NCBI GenBank assembly: GCA_016783885.1
Contig: JADHVR010000005.1
Span: 28,140-92,139 of the forward strand
Direction: 5' to 3'
DNA length: 64,000 bases
From: Bacteroidales bacterium
GTDB lineage: Bacteria; Bacteroidota; Bacteroidia; Bacteroidales; JAADJA01
In this document: positions 1 to 10,400 of the stretch, one piece after another
Position numbering within the stretch: position 1 is the first letter of the stretch
Layout: every line of letters starts with the position of its first letter
Translations under genes and position numbers: made by a program
The notes under the pieces: model-generated
Databases searched by the model: none
Told to the model about the DNA's origin: nothing
The model's input: only the letters and a program-made list of their open reading frames with translations

Positions 1-1008
1 ATTTGACTCGGCGCTGTCATAAAGACCCAGATACATTTGAACATTAGCTTTTCCTTCAATCTGGTTGGCAATATTGATCTGCCAGTCTTCTATTGAGTGA
101 GTTTTTCTTTCTTCTTTATTAAGCTTATTATATCTTTCTTGTGATTGATAAAATTTATCTAAGGATTTGTTGTGGTAATCTAATGCAGGTTCATACTTAC
201 CCCAATGATAATATGCCCGTGCAATATGACCTAAAAATTTAGCTTCAAAATAATCATTATCAATGGGTGTCAGCTCAAATTTATCAAGACTATCTAGTAC
301 TCTATTATTTGCTTCAATGGATTTTGCATAATAACCATGGCGGGTGTAATATCCTCCCAGTTTTTCAAGGTATCCAAATGCAGAAAATATATTGACATTC
401 GGACTTGTCTTAAAATGTGTAATTACCAGATTATATGTTTTTGTTAATTCTTTCAATTCGTTGCCGTAATCCCCAAATATATTATATATTCCTGCCAGCC
501 AGATATGGGCAGCAGCACGGGCAATCCATGTTTCATTGCCGGTTAATTCGGATAAAAGTCTTTGATAGTAAATAACAGCCGAGTCATATTTGTCAATATC
601 AGAATATCTCCTGCCTAATGTTAACCAAATTCTGTATTTTAAAAACCAGTCGGTTGTCGAATCGAAATATTGTTCTGAGAGCTTTAGGTACCCAATTGAC
701 TTTTCTATGGTGAATTCAGGGTTATAACTGCCGGCTAAAAGATAATAAGCATTTGATTTCCCTAAGTTATAATCAAGGCTGTCGGAAAGAGAAAGAGCTT
801 GTTTAGCGTAAGTAAATGCTTCCTTTGGAGACTTTTTAATCAATGCATTACACAGTTCATTCAACACATCCACTCTTTCAGTTCCGCTGACAGTATGAAG
901 ACAATTCCGCAGACTGTCGATGTTTTCTACGGGTTGTGGGGAAAGTTGTTTGCCCATAAGAAAACATGGCATAAGAAAAAAGAAGATATATATTGTAAAA
1001 CGAACCAT
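1..1008 (-). CDS. TPR-containing sensor protein, probably LytS-type histidine kinase (5' part; runs off window start)
   Basis: Not in the ORF track. Manual translation from ATG at 1008: MVRFTIYIFFFLMPCFLMGKQLSPQPVENIDSLRNCLHTVSGTERVDVLNELCNALIKKSPKEAFTYAKQALSLSDSLDYNLGKSNAY... This is a signal peptide plus the TPR-like periplasmic start typical of Bacteroidota sensor kinases, directly downstream of a LytTR regulator. The kinase domain is outside the window. Confidence 0.7.
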   Translation of the reverse strand, partial: MVRFTIYIFFFLMPCFLMGKQLSPQPVENIDSLRNCLHTVSGTERVDVLNELCNALIKKSPKEAFTYAKQALSLSDSLDYNLGKSNAYYLLAGSYNPEFTIEKSIGYLKLSEQYFDSTTDWFLKYRIWLTLGRRYSDIDKYDSAVIYYQRLLSELTGNETWIARAAAHIWLAGIYNIFGDYGNELKELTKTYNLVITHFKTSPNVNIFSAFGYLEKLGGYYTRHGYYAKSIEANNRVLDSLDKFELTPIDNDYFEAKFLGHIARAYYHWGKYEPALDYHNKSLDKFYQSQERYNKLNKEERKTHSIEDWQINIANQIEGKANVQMYLGLYDSAESN

Positions 1009-1099
1009 TTACTTTGTGTCATTTATGGTCATTAATTGTTTTTTCATGACAGCGAAGCGAATGACGGCGCAGCCAAATGACTATTTTTGACCTAATCAC

Positions 1100-1852
1100 T
1101 TATCCTGCGAGCCTCTCAAACATCTCCAGCAATTGTTCCCGCTTTCGTGAGGCAACCGGTACTTTGCATTCATTCTCCAGTACAACATAGCCCCCTTCTG
1201 TTTTTTCAAACCGATCGATGTGCCGCATATTTATCAAATAAGATTTATGCACCCTGAAAAAGCCTGTGTCTTTTAACAATTCGTCGTAGTCTTTTAAGGT
1301 ATTAGATACAATGATCTTTTTATCGTTCAACAGGTAGATCGCAGTATAACTGCCTTCGGATTCACAATAGTTGATATCATAAACCTTAATAAGATGGATG
1401 TTATCAAAGGTTTTTAAGATAATCTTTTTATTGGCTTTATCTTCCGATTGCAGATTTTCTGTCAGCGTATCAAGTTGTGTGTTAAAATCTATTTGTACAA
1501 GGTTTTCCGTTTTGCACACTGCATCATATAGCTCGTCCGGGTCAACCGGTTTTAGCAAATAGTCAATGGCGCTGAATTTAATGGCTTTGATGGCATACTG
1601 GTCGTAAGCCGTAATAAATATCACTTTAAAGTCGATGGGTTCAAGTTTTTTGAGCAGGTCGAACCCTGTACCGTCATTCATTTTGATATCTAACAGGACC
1701 AGGTCGGGATGGTACTTACGGATGGTTTTCACTCCACTTTCCACACCCTCGGCAGTAGCCACCAATTTAATATTGGGACAAAACCGGCTGACCATTTTCT
1801 CCAGGGTCTGTCGTATATGGGCCTCGTCATCGATGATGATGGTACGGAGCAT
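1100..1852 (-). CDS. LytTR-family two-component response regulator
   Basis: REC motifs IIIDDE, LLDI, FITAY, DYLLKP, and LytTR motif FFRVHKSYLIN. Start moved to MLRTII at 1852 because the longer N-terminus is translated intergenic repeat. Confidence 0.95.
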   Translation of the reverse strand: MLRTIIIDDEAHIRQTLEKMVSRFCPNIKLVATAEGVESGVKTIRKYHPDLVLLDIKMNDGTGFDLLKKLEPIDFKVIFITAYDQYAIKAIKFSAIDYLLKPVDPDELYDAVCKTENLVQIDFNTQLDTLTENLQSEDKANKKIILKTFDNIHLIKVYDINYCESEGSYTAIYLLNDKKIIVSNTLKDYDELLKDTGFFRVHKSYLINMRHIDRFEKTEGGYVVLENECKVPVASRKREQLLEMFERLAG

Positions 1853-1892
1853 ATTCAGGTCTGATTTTTTTGTAAAGATAGACATAATGGTT

Positions 1893-1992
1893 AAAATCCA
1901 AAAAACAAATAACAAAATCCAAAAAACAAACAACAAATTCCAAAGCACAAATAAATTCCAATAAACAAAAACCAAATTTCAAATATCAAAAA
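1893..1992. repeat. Degenerate short tandem array (AAA(A/T)TCCAAA/AAACAAA units, ~7-nt periodicity)
   Basis: aaaatccaaaaaacaaataac aaaatccaaaaaacaaacaac aaattccaaagcacaaat aaattccaataaacaaa... Confidence 0.8.
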
Positions 1993-2000
1993 CTACTTAT

Positions 2001-2177
2001 CGTAATTGCGAACTGAAGAGCTTGGCTTTTGTGTGGGCGTGAAACCCGTCCCTGCCCGTCCGGTCAGGCGGGCGAACCGGGCAGGGGCGGGCAATCTGTT
2101 TTAATTATAGTACTACCTTCAGAATAACAGATTGCTTCGCTCTTACGCATAAACCCATGCTTTGGCTCGCAATGACG
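2001..2177. repeat. Fold-back (REP/MITE-like) element, copy A, with nested GC-rich palindromic insert
   Basis: Terminal IR cgtaattgcga...tcgcaatgacg and inner IR gcaatctgtt...aacagattgc. Nearly identical to 10783-10932 apart from the inserted hairpin. Confidence 0.9.
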
Positions 2178-2196
2178 TTCATAAATTATTATTTAT

Positions 2197-2247
2197 TTAA
2201 AGTTTTATTATTTTCTTCGTTACAAATTTATTACCTGCCAACCTTCT
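2197..2247 (-). pseudogene. Orphan 3' tail of a T9SS CTD gene
   Basis: Reads RRLAGNKFVTKKIIKL*. Matches the CTD ends of neighbours (QLRVGNKMVTKKIIKVK*, RLQTGNEMVTKKVIKVK*) at DNA and protein level. An in-frame stop lies immediately upstream. Confidence 0.75.
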
Positions 2248-2302
2248 TTATACAAGGTTAATTTTTTAAATTAAAATAGCAGTTTCCACCATCCATTATA
2301 AT

Positions 2303-4294
2303 TCATTTGCGAGTAAGTACATTTTGAGTTATGTTGTTAATTATGCTTTTAGATAAAACTTTTTCGGCAAGCTTAACAAATAATTCTCTTTTTAGCACAG
2401 TGATTTGTTCCTTAATATCCTTTACGCTTCCACCAATTTTGCAAATTGAAGCCATTTTTCTCTTGTAATATTTTTCAATATCTTTATAATAATTGAATAT
2501 TTCATTTTCAAGTTGTTTTTTATTTTTATAGACCTCCAATTCTTTCTTCAGTTCTTTCATAAAATGTCTATTAAATCCTTTTTCATTCCTTAGGTATGGC
2601 TTTCTTAATTCTTGTTTATACTTTTTTTGCCATAATCTATTATTATAATCTTTTATCAGTGAAATTGTGATGTTTGGATTATCAAATAATAATCTTAAAA
2701 AATCAGTAGCAACTATGTTGGGTTCATGAAATAATGAATCATATACTATTATGCAACGATCCTGTAAGAATGCTAAAAAAGAATCTTTAAATCCTGAGTA
2801 GGCATCTTTTCCAATTATTTCAAAACTGAATTTTCGAAATTCATTCCTGTTGTATGATTCTTGATTTCCTCCAGGCAGATTAAAAGTTATACTATTGGAA
2901 CTGAATTCCTTTATATCTTCTGAGCCTGATTCCTTGGTAATCATTTTAACAGTTGCTTCATCATAACCTCCGTTTTGGGTTAGTTCGACAATTATTTCAT
3001 CTTTTATATACCCAAAATAGTATTCACACTCGGTAAGAGAACTTTTTCCCTCCGTATGCTTAACATAAAGTGCGTTAACCGGATGTTGATGTTTATAGTT
3101 ATCAGGAACTCTTTCGCATTCAACAATATTAGTTTTCATTAGGTTTTGAACGACTAAAAAAACATTAGCATAGTTTTCCCAACTAGCAGTTCCCCTTGAA
3201 AGTCGATCTCTACTTATTACCTCGTTTGCAAAAGCCGTAAAGGTATTTATTCTTGGTTGATTTACTTCTAAACTACAGCTTTTCTCAATATGATTTGAAA
3301 CAAGAGATAGTTGAAAATAGGAGGAAGTATTATCATTGAATGGTACATATAAAGTATAAATTTTCTCTCTAAAACCTTTTCCAAATTGTGGCCCATTATG
3401 TTCCTTGTGAGAACGTATATTAGTCGAACCAAAACAATCTGATAATTCTTGGAGATACAGGTTATTATCTTTTTCATAAAGAATAACCTGTCTATTATAA
3501 GTTTCCAGTGTCAGTTTTAAATCAGAAGCAATTGAGCCGTCTTTTGACATTTTAATTTCAAATGACCATGCCGGTATATCTTCATCAGAATTGTTCTTCA
3601 AAACAGTTGCTACATTTGATGATGATACGGCTAAATTGCATGAGTGTGTTATGTCTATCTCATGTGTAAAACCTCCAATGTTCCCATATTTTTGAAATCC
3701 AAGTATTTTAATTCTTTTACCGTTGCGGTCGGTTTTATATACCTTTTCATTCTTGAAATCAACTAATAGGTATGACTGAAAGTTCACTTTTTTCACATAC
3801 TTTTTTCCATCATTATAATTATGCCAGGCTCCTCGGTCTCCATAATAGGAACTTGGATTTTTACAATAACACCTTTTATAAGCAAAATTAGGGTCATAAG
3901 TGAAAATTTTTTGAATTCCATTAGAGCGGTTTCCTATTGCATAAGCAACTGCAAAGTGATCATTATGCAAACTCCAATCTTCTTGATCTATGTATAGTAA
4001 TGTAGGCTTGCCTGAGTCTATCCTTTCAGAAATCTTCTCAATTGCATGTTTCGTCTCGCCCCATCGTGATTCTTTTGTTGGATCTTTAAAAACAATGGAT
4101 GTTTGTGCATCCGATATTTCACTTTTGAAATCTCCCAATTCTGCTTCGCAATCAATTAGAACTCCATCATAGAATTTTCTAAGGGCAACAGCACACATCC
4201 CACCACAGTTGTAACCTGGTATTAATAAATGCCTACTCTTAAAATTGTCAAACGGAAATGAATGAACTTCCGGATTAAATAAACTTCTTTTCAT
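2303..4294 (-). CDS. Hypothetical protein with predicted N-terminal papain-like (Cys-His-Asp) domain and Lys-rich helical C-terminus
   Basis: Motifs FPFDN, CGGMC, DHFAVAY and IFTYDPN occur in papain-fold order. No signal peptide or CTD. AT-rich. Confidence 0.55.
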   Translation of the reverse strand: MKRSLFNPEVHSFPFDNFKSRHLLIPGYNCGGMCAVALRKFYDGVLIDCEAELGDFKSEISDAQTSIVFKDPTKESRWGETKHAIEKISERIDSGKPTLLYIDQEDWSLHNDHFAVAYAIGNRSNGIQKIFTYDPNFAYKRCYCKNPSSYYGDRGAWHNYNDGKKYVKKVNFQSYLLVDFKNEKVYKTDRNGKRIKILGFQKYGNIGGFTHEIDITHSCNLAVSSSNVATVLKNNSDEDIPAWSFEIKMSKDGSIASDLKLTLETYNRQVILYEKDNNLYLQELSDCFGSTNIRSHKEHNGPQFGKGFREKIYTLYVPFNDNTSSYFQLSLVSNHIEKSCSLEVNQPRINTFTAFANEVISRDRLSRGTASWENYANVFLVVQNLMKTNIVECERVPDNYKHQHPVNALYVKHTEGKSSLTECEYYFGYIKDEIIVELTQNGGYDEATVKMITKESGSEDIKEFSSNSITFNLPGGNQESYNRNEFRKFSFEIIGKDAYSGFKDSFLAFLQDRCIIVYDSLFHEPNIVATDFLRLLFDNPNITISLIKDYNNRLWQKKYKQELRKPYLRNEKGFNRHFMKELKKELEVYKNKKQLENEIFNYYKDIEKYYKRKMASICKIGGSVKDIKEQITVLKRELFVKLAEKVLSKSIINNITQNVLTRK

Positions 4295-4399
4295 AATAAT
4301 TATTTTTAAAGTTATTAAATTGTTTGTTTATAAAATGACTAATTCTATTTCTTAATTGTTATATGCAGGCAATTCATTACTGTTTTATTATTTTATTTA

Positions 4400-6058
4400 T
4401 CACCACACCATTACCTTTTTATAAAAATTCTTATTTCTACAGCTTACTTTTACACATAAGGGCTGTCTTTTCACATACAGTGGTATTGAATTCAGTCCGT
4501 CAATTAACCTGAAACTACCTAAACACTGTCCTGAAAGCGAATAGATCGAGACTTTAGCTTCTGCTCCCTGGTTTTGTGTCAGGTCAATGTTTACAGTTTT
4601 GCCTGATGACCAGATTTTAACATTCCCGGATTGAGCATTGCCCACCCCTGTACCGAGGAGGGTTGTAAGACCAATAATGTTAGAATAAGCTCCAGTATCT
4701 GTTGCATTGTATGACCTTAGCCTGAAAAAGTAATTTGTGTTCGAGCTCAGACCGGTTAAGGAATATGTAGTATCTAAACCTACATCCAGGTTTTCATATC
4801 CGGTTAAGAAATTTGTAAATTGTTCATTATAGGCTACATCAAGTAAATATCCCGTAGATATGCTTGCAGGTTGCCAGTTGGCATAAAAACTGCTATCGCT
4901 AATCTGGGATGCGGATTCTGCAAATACCATTAATCCTGCATATTCAAACATTTGAAGAACTATAGGATCTACATACTGTTCTGAATTGGTGGTAATAACA
5001 ATTCCGCTATTTTCTTCCTTGCAGAAATAAAAATGTGCTGCATAACCACCATCACTACCTCCATTATGGCCCCAAACGATCCTGTCTCCATAATCATCTC
5101 TTGTAAATAATCCTAAGCCGGTGGTACCATAGGAGAATGTCCAGGCTGGATTTTGTATTGTTGTCATGGAATCAACAGCATCACTTGTAAGGATATTCAT
5201 ATCATTATACATTCCTTCATTCGACAACATGATAACACAATTAGCAAGTTCCAGAGCTGTGCTGCGTAATGAAACCCCAGGATATGCGGGGTGCCCCAAA
5301 TGTTGATTCGGCACAAAATTACCTCCTGAATAACTATAGCCAATTGCTAGGTTATCAATATTCAATTCATCAAGAAACCATGCAGAGTTATTCATTTCCA
5401 ACGGTGTTAACAACGAATCACTTGCATACTGGTTAAAACTAATTCCCGTCAGTGGTTCAATAAGGTAACCATTTAATGCGATACCATAATTTGAATAGTG
5501 AAAAACTGTTCCCGGAAGAGCATTATAATAATTATTGTTGCTATAATATTCCCCACCGGGACAAAGGTAATTTTCCAGAAAGTAGTCAAGTGAAATTGTA
5601 GGATCACCTATTGTTACAAAATTATATATGTTCCCGTCATTTATACTGGAAGAATGCGACATTAGCATCCGTGCTGTTATACTGTCTGCATCGTTCCATG
5701 GATTTTCAATCTGAAAAGGCAGGAAATCATTGATATTCTGATCCAATCCCAAAAATTGTTTATCCCAAAGTTGCATTACACAAGCAGATGTCAAAGATTT
5801 TCCGATGGAAAAAACATTAAACAAGGTAGAATCATTTACCGGAATACTGTCCTCCAGATTCATAAAACCATAGTTGTTATTCCATACAACTGAGTCTCCA
5901 ATAATTATACTGGCAGATAATCCCGGTACATGAAATGTTTCCATTTTTTCCAGGATAAATTCATCCAGGTTGGCAAGCACACTGCTTTGATTTTGTCCGC
6001 TAAGGTTGACGATCATTGCGAACATTATTGCGATACTAATAAGTGTTAGTTTTTTCAT
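4400..6058 (-). CDS. Secreted serine hydrolase (beta-lactamase/AmpC-like family) + FN3 + divergent T9SS CTD
   Basis: Signal peptide; SxxK (SIGK), YSN and HNGG motifs; FN3 signature LTGLSSNTNYFFRLRSYN; C-terminal IYSLSGQ...KKVMVW. Confidence 0.88.
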   Translation of the reverse strand: MKKLTLISIAIMFAMIVNLSGQNQSSVLANLDEFILEKMETFHVPGLSASIIIGDSVVWNNNYGFMNLEDSIPVNDSTLFNVFSIGKSLTSACVMQLWDKQFLGLDQNINDFLPFQIENPWNDADSITARMLMSHSSSINDGNIYNFVTIGDPTISLDYFLENYLCPGGEYYSNNNYYNALPGTVFHYSNYGIALNGYLIEPLTGISFNQYASDSLLTPLEMNNSAWFLDELNIDNLAIGYSYSGGNFVPNQHLGHPAYPGVSLRSTALELANCVIMLSNEGMYNDMNILTSDAVDSMTTIQNPAWTFSYGTTGLGLFTRDDYGDRIVWGHNGGSDGGYAAHFYFCKEENSGIVITTNSEQYVDPIVLQMFEYAGLMVFAESASQISDSSFYANWQPASISTGYLLDVAYNEQFTNFLTGYENLDVGLDTTYSLTGLSSNTNYFFRLRSYNATDTGAYSNIIGLTTLLGTGVGNAQSGNVKIWSSGKTVNIDLTQNQGAEAKVSIYSLSGQCLGSFRLIDGLNSIPLYVKRQPLCVKVSCRNKNFYKKVMVW

Positions 6059-6073
6059 GATATTCTTGTTTTT

Positions 6074-6121
6074 ATCCCTCTCCTTACTCCCCTCCCAGTT
6101 GGGGAGGGGAAGGGGGTGGGG
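6074..6121. repeat. GC-rich intergenic palindrome (CCCTCTCC/CCCCTCCC...GGGAGGGG type), may also act as terminator or RNA stabiliser
   Basis: tcccctcccagttggggagggga core flanked by atccctctcc and gggggtgggg. Confidence 0.7.
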
Positions 6122-7426
6122 TTATTTAACTTTTATTATTTTCTTTGTTACCATTTTATTACCTACTCTTAACTGGCAAAAGAAAATGCCATCAGGCAAC
6201 GTCGAAGCATCAAATATAACTTGATGGCGTCCAGCCCTTTTGTTTCCTGTAAACAATAGTCCGACCTGTTGCCCCAGGTGATTCCAAATACTCAATTCGA
6301 TGGAACTGCTTTCAGTTAATTCGAATTGAATTGTTATATTGTTATTAAATGGGTTTGGATAATTCTTTAAATTGAATAGATCTTTACTTTCTGAAATTGG
6401 GATAATAGTTGTGTTAGAATCCGGGGACATCAGAAGCGAATCGATGAATATTAGAGCTCTTTGCTTAAATGCAAACGGCATTGAATGTCCTCCGTTATGC
6501 GAATAGAACTCATAAGGAAGATTCAATGCATCAAGCGTATCCTTCATAGCCAGATGAGCCGGGTATAGAAACAAAGCATCGTTACTTCCACACCCAAAAT
6601 AGATTCCTACACTATCGGAAGATGACAATTGGTGTATCAAATGGGCGATATTGTGGGTATCAGCTTTTGCTAATACAGTATCAATATAGTTACCATTTTC
6701 ATCTAAACAAAATTCAACGATCTGTGGATTGATGTAGGTTTGCGGGCTGTTTGTGTCCGGGGTAAAAGCACCACATATAGCAAATGCTCCTTGTGTGTAT
6801 ATACCTGTACTATAGAAATCATAGAAATATGAAGGTCCCGGTTGATTTTCCTGAAGGATCACCTGTCTGGTTTCATCCATATAATAAGGGTCCCTCATAT
6901 TGATTGGTGCAGTAGCATGAGCAGCCAGCACCCGGAACTTATCTTTGTGAAGTATCCCATACCTAAATGAACCGTATCCTCCCATGGACTGTCCCAATAA
7001 ACTTCTCCAATTTCGATGAGGCATGGCACGAAATGATGATTCCACCCAGGTGACCAAGTCATTAACCATATATTCTTCATAATTTCCCCATATAATTGAA
7101 TTTACATACCAACTGCCATAAAAAGGGTCAGGACTGTTATCGGCACAAACCATGATTAAAGGATCGATCGTTCCATTATTTATTAGTGTTTGTGTCGTGC
7201 TTAACATTTCACTCAAGCTATTCTGGTCATCAGTCCAGCCATGCAAATAATAAATTACCGGATAATACCAATCCGGGTTGTCATCGTAACCAGGCGGAAA
7301 ATATACATCATCCAACATAGTATCATTCAATGCCTCACTGTAAAAGGAAGTGTCGATTTTGTTGTACTGTGCAAACAGAAGGTTTGCTGTTATTAAAATT
7401 GCTGTAATTAGGGTAAGTTTTTTCAT
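6122..7426 (-). CDS. Secreted alpha/beta-hydrolase esterase with T9SS type A CTD
   Basis: Signal peptide, YPVIYYLHG, nucleophile elbow GQSMGG, catalytic His GGHS, CTD NYPNPF...GIFFCQL...TKKIIKVK. Confidence 0.9.
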   Translation of the reverse strand: MKKLTLITAILITANLLFAQYNKIDTSFYSEALNDTMLDDVYFPPGYDDNPDWYYPVIYYLHGWTDDQNSLSEMLSTTQTLINNGTIDPLIMVCADNSPDPFYGSWYVNSIIWGNYEEYMVNDLVTWVESSFRAMPHRNWRSLLGQSMGGYGSFRYGILHKDKFRVLAAHATAPINMRDPYYMDETRQVILQENQPGPSYFYDFYSTGIYTQGAFAICGAFTPDTNSPQTYINPQIVEFCLDENGNYIDTVLAKADTHNIAHLIHQLSSSDSVGIYFGCGSNDALFLYPAHLAMKDTLDALNLPYEFYSHNGGHSMPFAFKQRALIFIDSLLMSPDSNTTIIPISESKDLFNLKNYPNPFNNNITIQFELTESSSIELSIWNHLGQQVGLLFTGNKRAGRHQVIFDASTLPDGIFFCQLRVGNKMVTKKIIKVK

Positions 7427-7458
7427 GATATTCTTGTTTTTGTGTTTCCCGTCAGAGT

Positions 7459-10400
7459 TTATTTGGTTTTAATTATTTTCTTCGTTATCGTTTCATTCCC
7501 GACCTTAATCCTACAGAAATAAATGCCTGCCCGAAACTTACTCATATTTAATACAAAATCCTTTTGCCCGGGCTGGACATTGCAATATCTCCATGTTTTT
7601 AAACAAATGCCGGTTGTGTTGTAAATACAAATCTCTACTGAACTTTTTGATTGTAGATTCATACTTAAAACTGCCTTGTCATTGACCGGATTGGGGGAAA
7701 TTGACAGTTCAGGTTCAACAGATTCATTATTCACCGATGTTATGGAATCACAGGCATCCTCAACTTCCTGCTGGTTGTTGCAGCCGGGAGCGTTGTTTTC
7801 GATCATAACATTTGCATTCGGGCTTGCCAAATAACTGCAAATGCTTTCTGCAGTACAGTCAGATAATGAAGGGTTAAGAGTCAACATTAAACTATTAATA
7901 GAACCAGGATCTATATTGCTTAAATCTGCTATATTGGCAAGTGATCCATTTGCCTTGATCTCAATCGCTCCGTCAATTTCAGATAAATTGTCAATACCTG
8001 TCAGACTCGTCAGTTCGGGATTAAATTTTATATAAAGGCCTCCTTCAATCGAATACAGGTTGCTTAATCCGGATAAATCGGAAAGGTTTGGATTGCCCCC
8101 ACCAGGAGAAAATGTCCCTATAGTTAAACCATTATTAATAAAAGTCAAATTTTCAAGGCCAGTTAAGTTAGACAGTAGATCATTCTTATCAATAAAAAGA
8201 CCTCCCCCGATTAAATCAAGATTATCCAATCCAGTTAAATCCAACAGGGCATCATTATTATAGATATCAAGTGCTCCAGATAAGTATATCAGATTATTTA
8301 ACCCTATCAAACTCACCAGGAAAGGATTTCCGGAGATATCCAGGTCCCCGCCAAGAAAGGTTAAAACATCTAAGCCGTTCAAATTGGAAATATCATCTCC
8401 GCTGATCTTTATATCCCCATCAATTTCACTACAAAGCGGGTAGTTATATTGAAAACCATCAATCTCTGCCTGCGTATTAAATATAATACCCTCAACCAGG
8501 CAATGATATTCACATGCATCCTCTATTTCTTCCAGACTATTGCAACCTGCTGCGTTATTATATATTTGAACAGTAGCACCCGGGCTGGCTATATATTCAC
8601 AAACTTTCTGCACATCACATTTTGACAAAGAAGCATTTTCAAATATACTTAACTCATTTATTGAACCCGGTTCAATATTTTCTAAACCCCATAGATTTAT
8701 AATGGATGCATTACTTTCAATATGAATACTTCCGCCAATGGAAGTAATATTGATTAATCCTGAGAAACCATTCAGGGCATCATTACCTGCAATCCAAAGG
8801 TTTCCACCCAGGCTATTAATACTATTCAGTCCTGATAAACTGGTCAGCGTATTGTTTCCGGTAATTTCAAGGTTACCATCAATAGATATTAAAACATTCA
8901 AACCATTTAGATTTGAAATATCCTCTCCGCTTATCGTAACATTCCCTTTAATCCTGACACAATCCAGAAAATTAGACTGGAAGCTATCAATTTCAATCTG
9001 GGAATTAAATTCAATACCTTCTGGCAGACAGGAAAAAAAACAAGCTTCTTCAACCTCTTCAGGACTGTTGCAGCCGGTGGCATTGTCATGGATTTCAATG
9101 GTTCCACCTGGAGCAGTAAGGTAATCGCAAATGCTTTGGACTTCACACGTGGATAAGGTATCGTTATTTACAATATTAAGATTTCCTCCGATGGATGTTA
9201 AATTAGCAAGTCCGATTAAGTTGCTCAGCAATGGATTACCTCCCCCGCCTCCCATATCAACTACCCCAATTATTAAATCTTTTTCAATAGAATTAAGGCT
9301 TTCCATCCCTGTTAAACTGGTCAGGTCATTATTCGCATAAATCAATAGGTCTCTCCCGATGGAAGTCACATTGTCCAGCCCTGTTAAACTGGTCAGGTCA
9401 TTATTCGCATAAATCTTTAGGTCTCTCCCGATGGAAGTCACATTGTCCAGCCCTGTTAAACTGGTCAGGTCATTATTCGCATAAATCAATAGGTCTCTCC
9501 CGATGGAAGTCACATTGTTTAGTCCTGCTAAATTGTTCAGGCCATTATTCTCATAAATTAAAAGGTCTTCACCGATGGAAGTCACTGCGCTCAAACCAAG
9601 TAAATTTGTTAATCCGCTTCCTTTGATTTCAACTATCCCCTCTAAGTTTGTGCAGTTTGGGTAATTTACCTGAAAACTGTCAATATCTATTTGTTTAGTA
9701 AAATAGTAATTACCAAATGGCAGGCAAGATAGAACAATCCCACAGTTAGATGCAATTTCAGGTGGGCTATTGCATCCAGTTGCGTTATTGTAAATTGTAA
9801 CAGGGCCGCCTGGGTTAGCTAAGTAACCACAAACACTTTCTATTTCACAAAAAGATAAGTTGGAATTATTATAGATTTCTAAAAAGTCAATTGATTCAAA
9901 ATTAATGTTATCCAGTCCGGATAAGCTAGTAAGAGAATAGTTCCCATGAATAGTAATGCCTCCCTCGATAGAAGTTAAATTTTCAAGTTCAGCCAAACTG
10001 GAAAGTGATGTGGTAAAAATTTCAAGGTCTCCACCTATGAAGGTAAGGTTATCTAAGCCTATAAGACTGTTTAGGAAAAAACCACTTATTATCGCAACTC
10101 CTCCAGAAACAGACGTCAAATTATCCAGTCCGGTTAGGCTGTTCAAATAATCGTTGTTATAAATATAAAGGCCTCCACCAAGAGACGAAATATTCTCAAG
10201 ACCTGATAAATTAGTTAAAGCATCATTGCTATAAATAGTTATATTTCCTCCGATTAAAGTAAGATTTTCCAGCGCTGTCAGGCTAGCCAAAGCACTGTTA
10301 TGGAAAAGAGAAAGCGAACCTCCGATAGATGTGAGGTTCTCAAGCCCTGAAAGGCTTACAAGGTTTTGGTTTAAAAAGAAATGGAGATGTGATCCAATAG

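Noticed and set aside
1853-1975. Apparent hydrophobic membrane anchor on the LytTR regulator
   Set aside because: It is the translation of the intergenic tandem array. A -7-like TATCTTTA lies within it and the REC domain starts at 1852.
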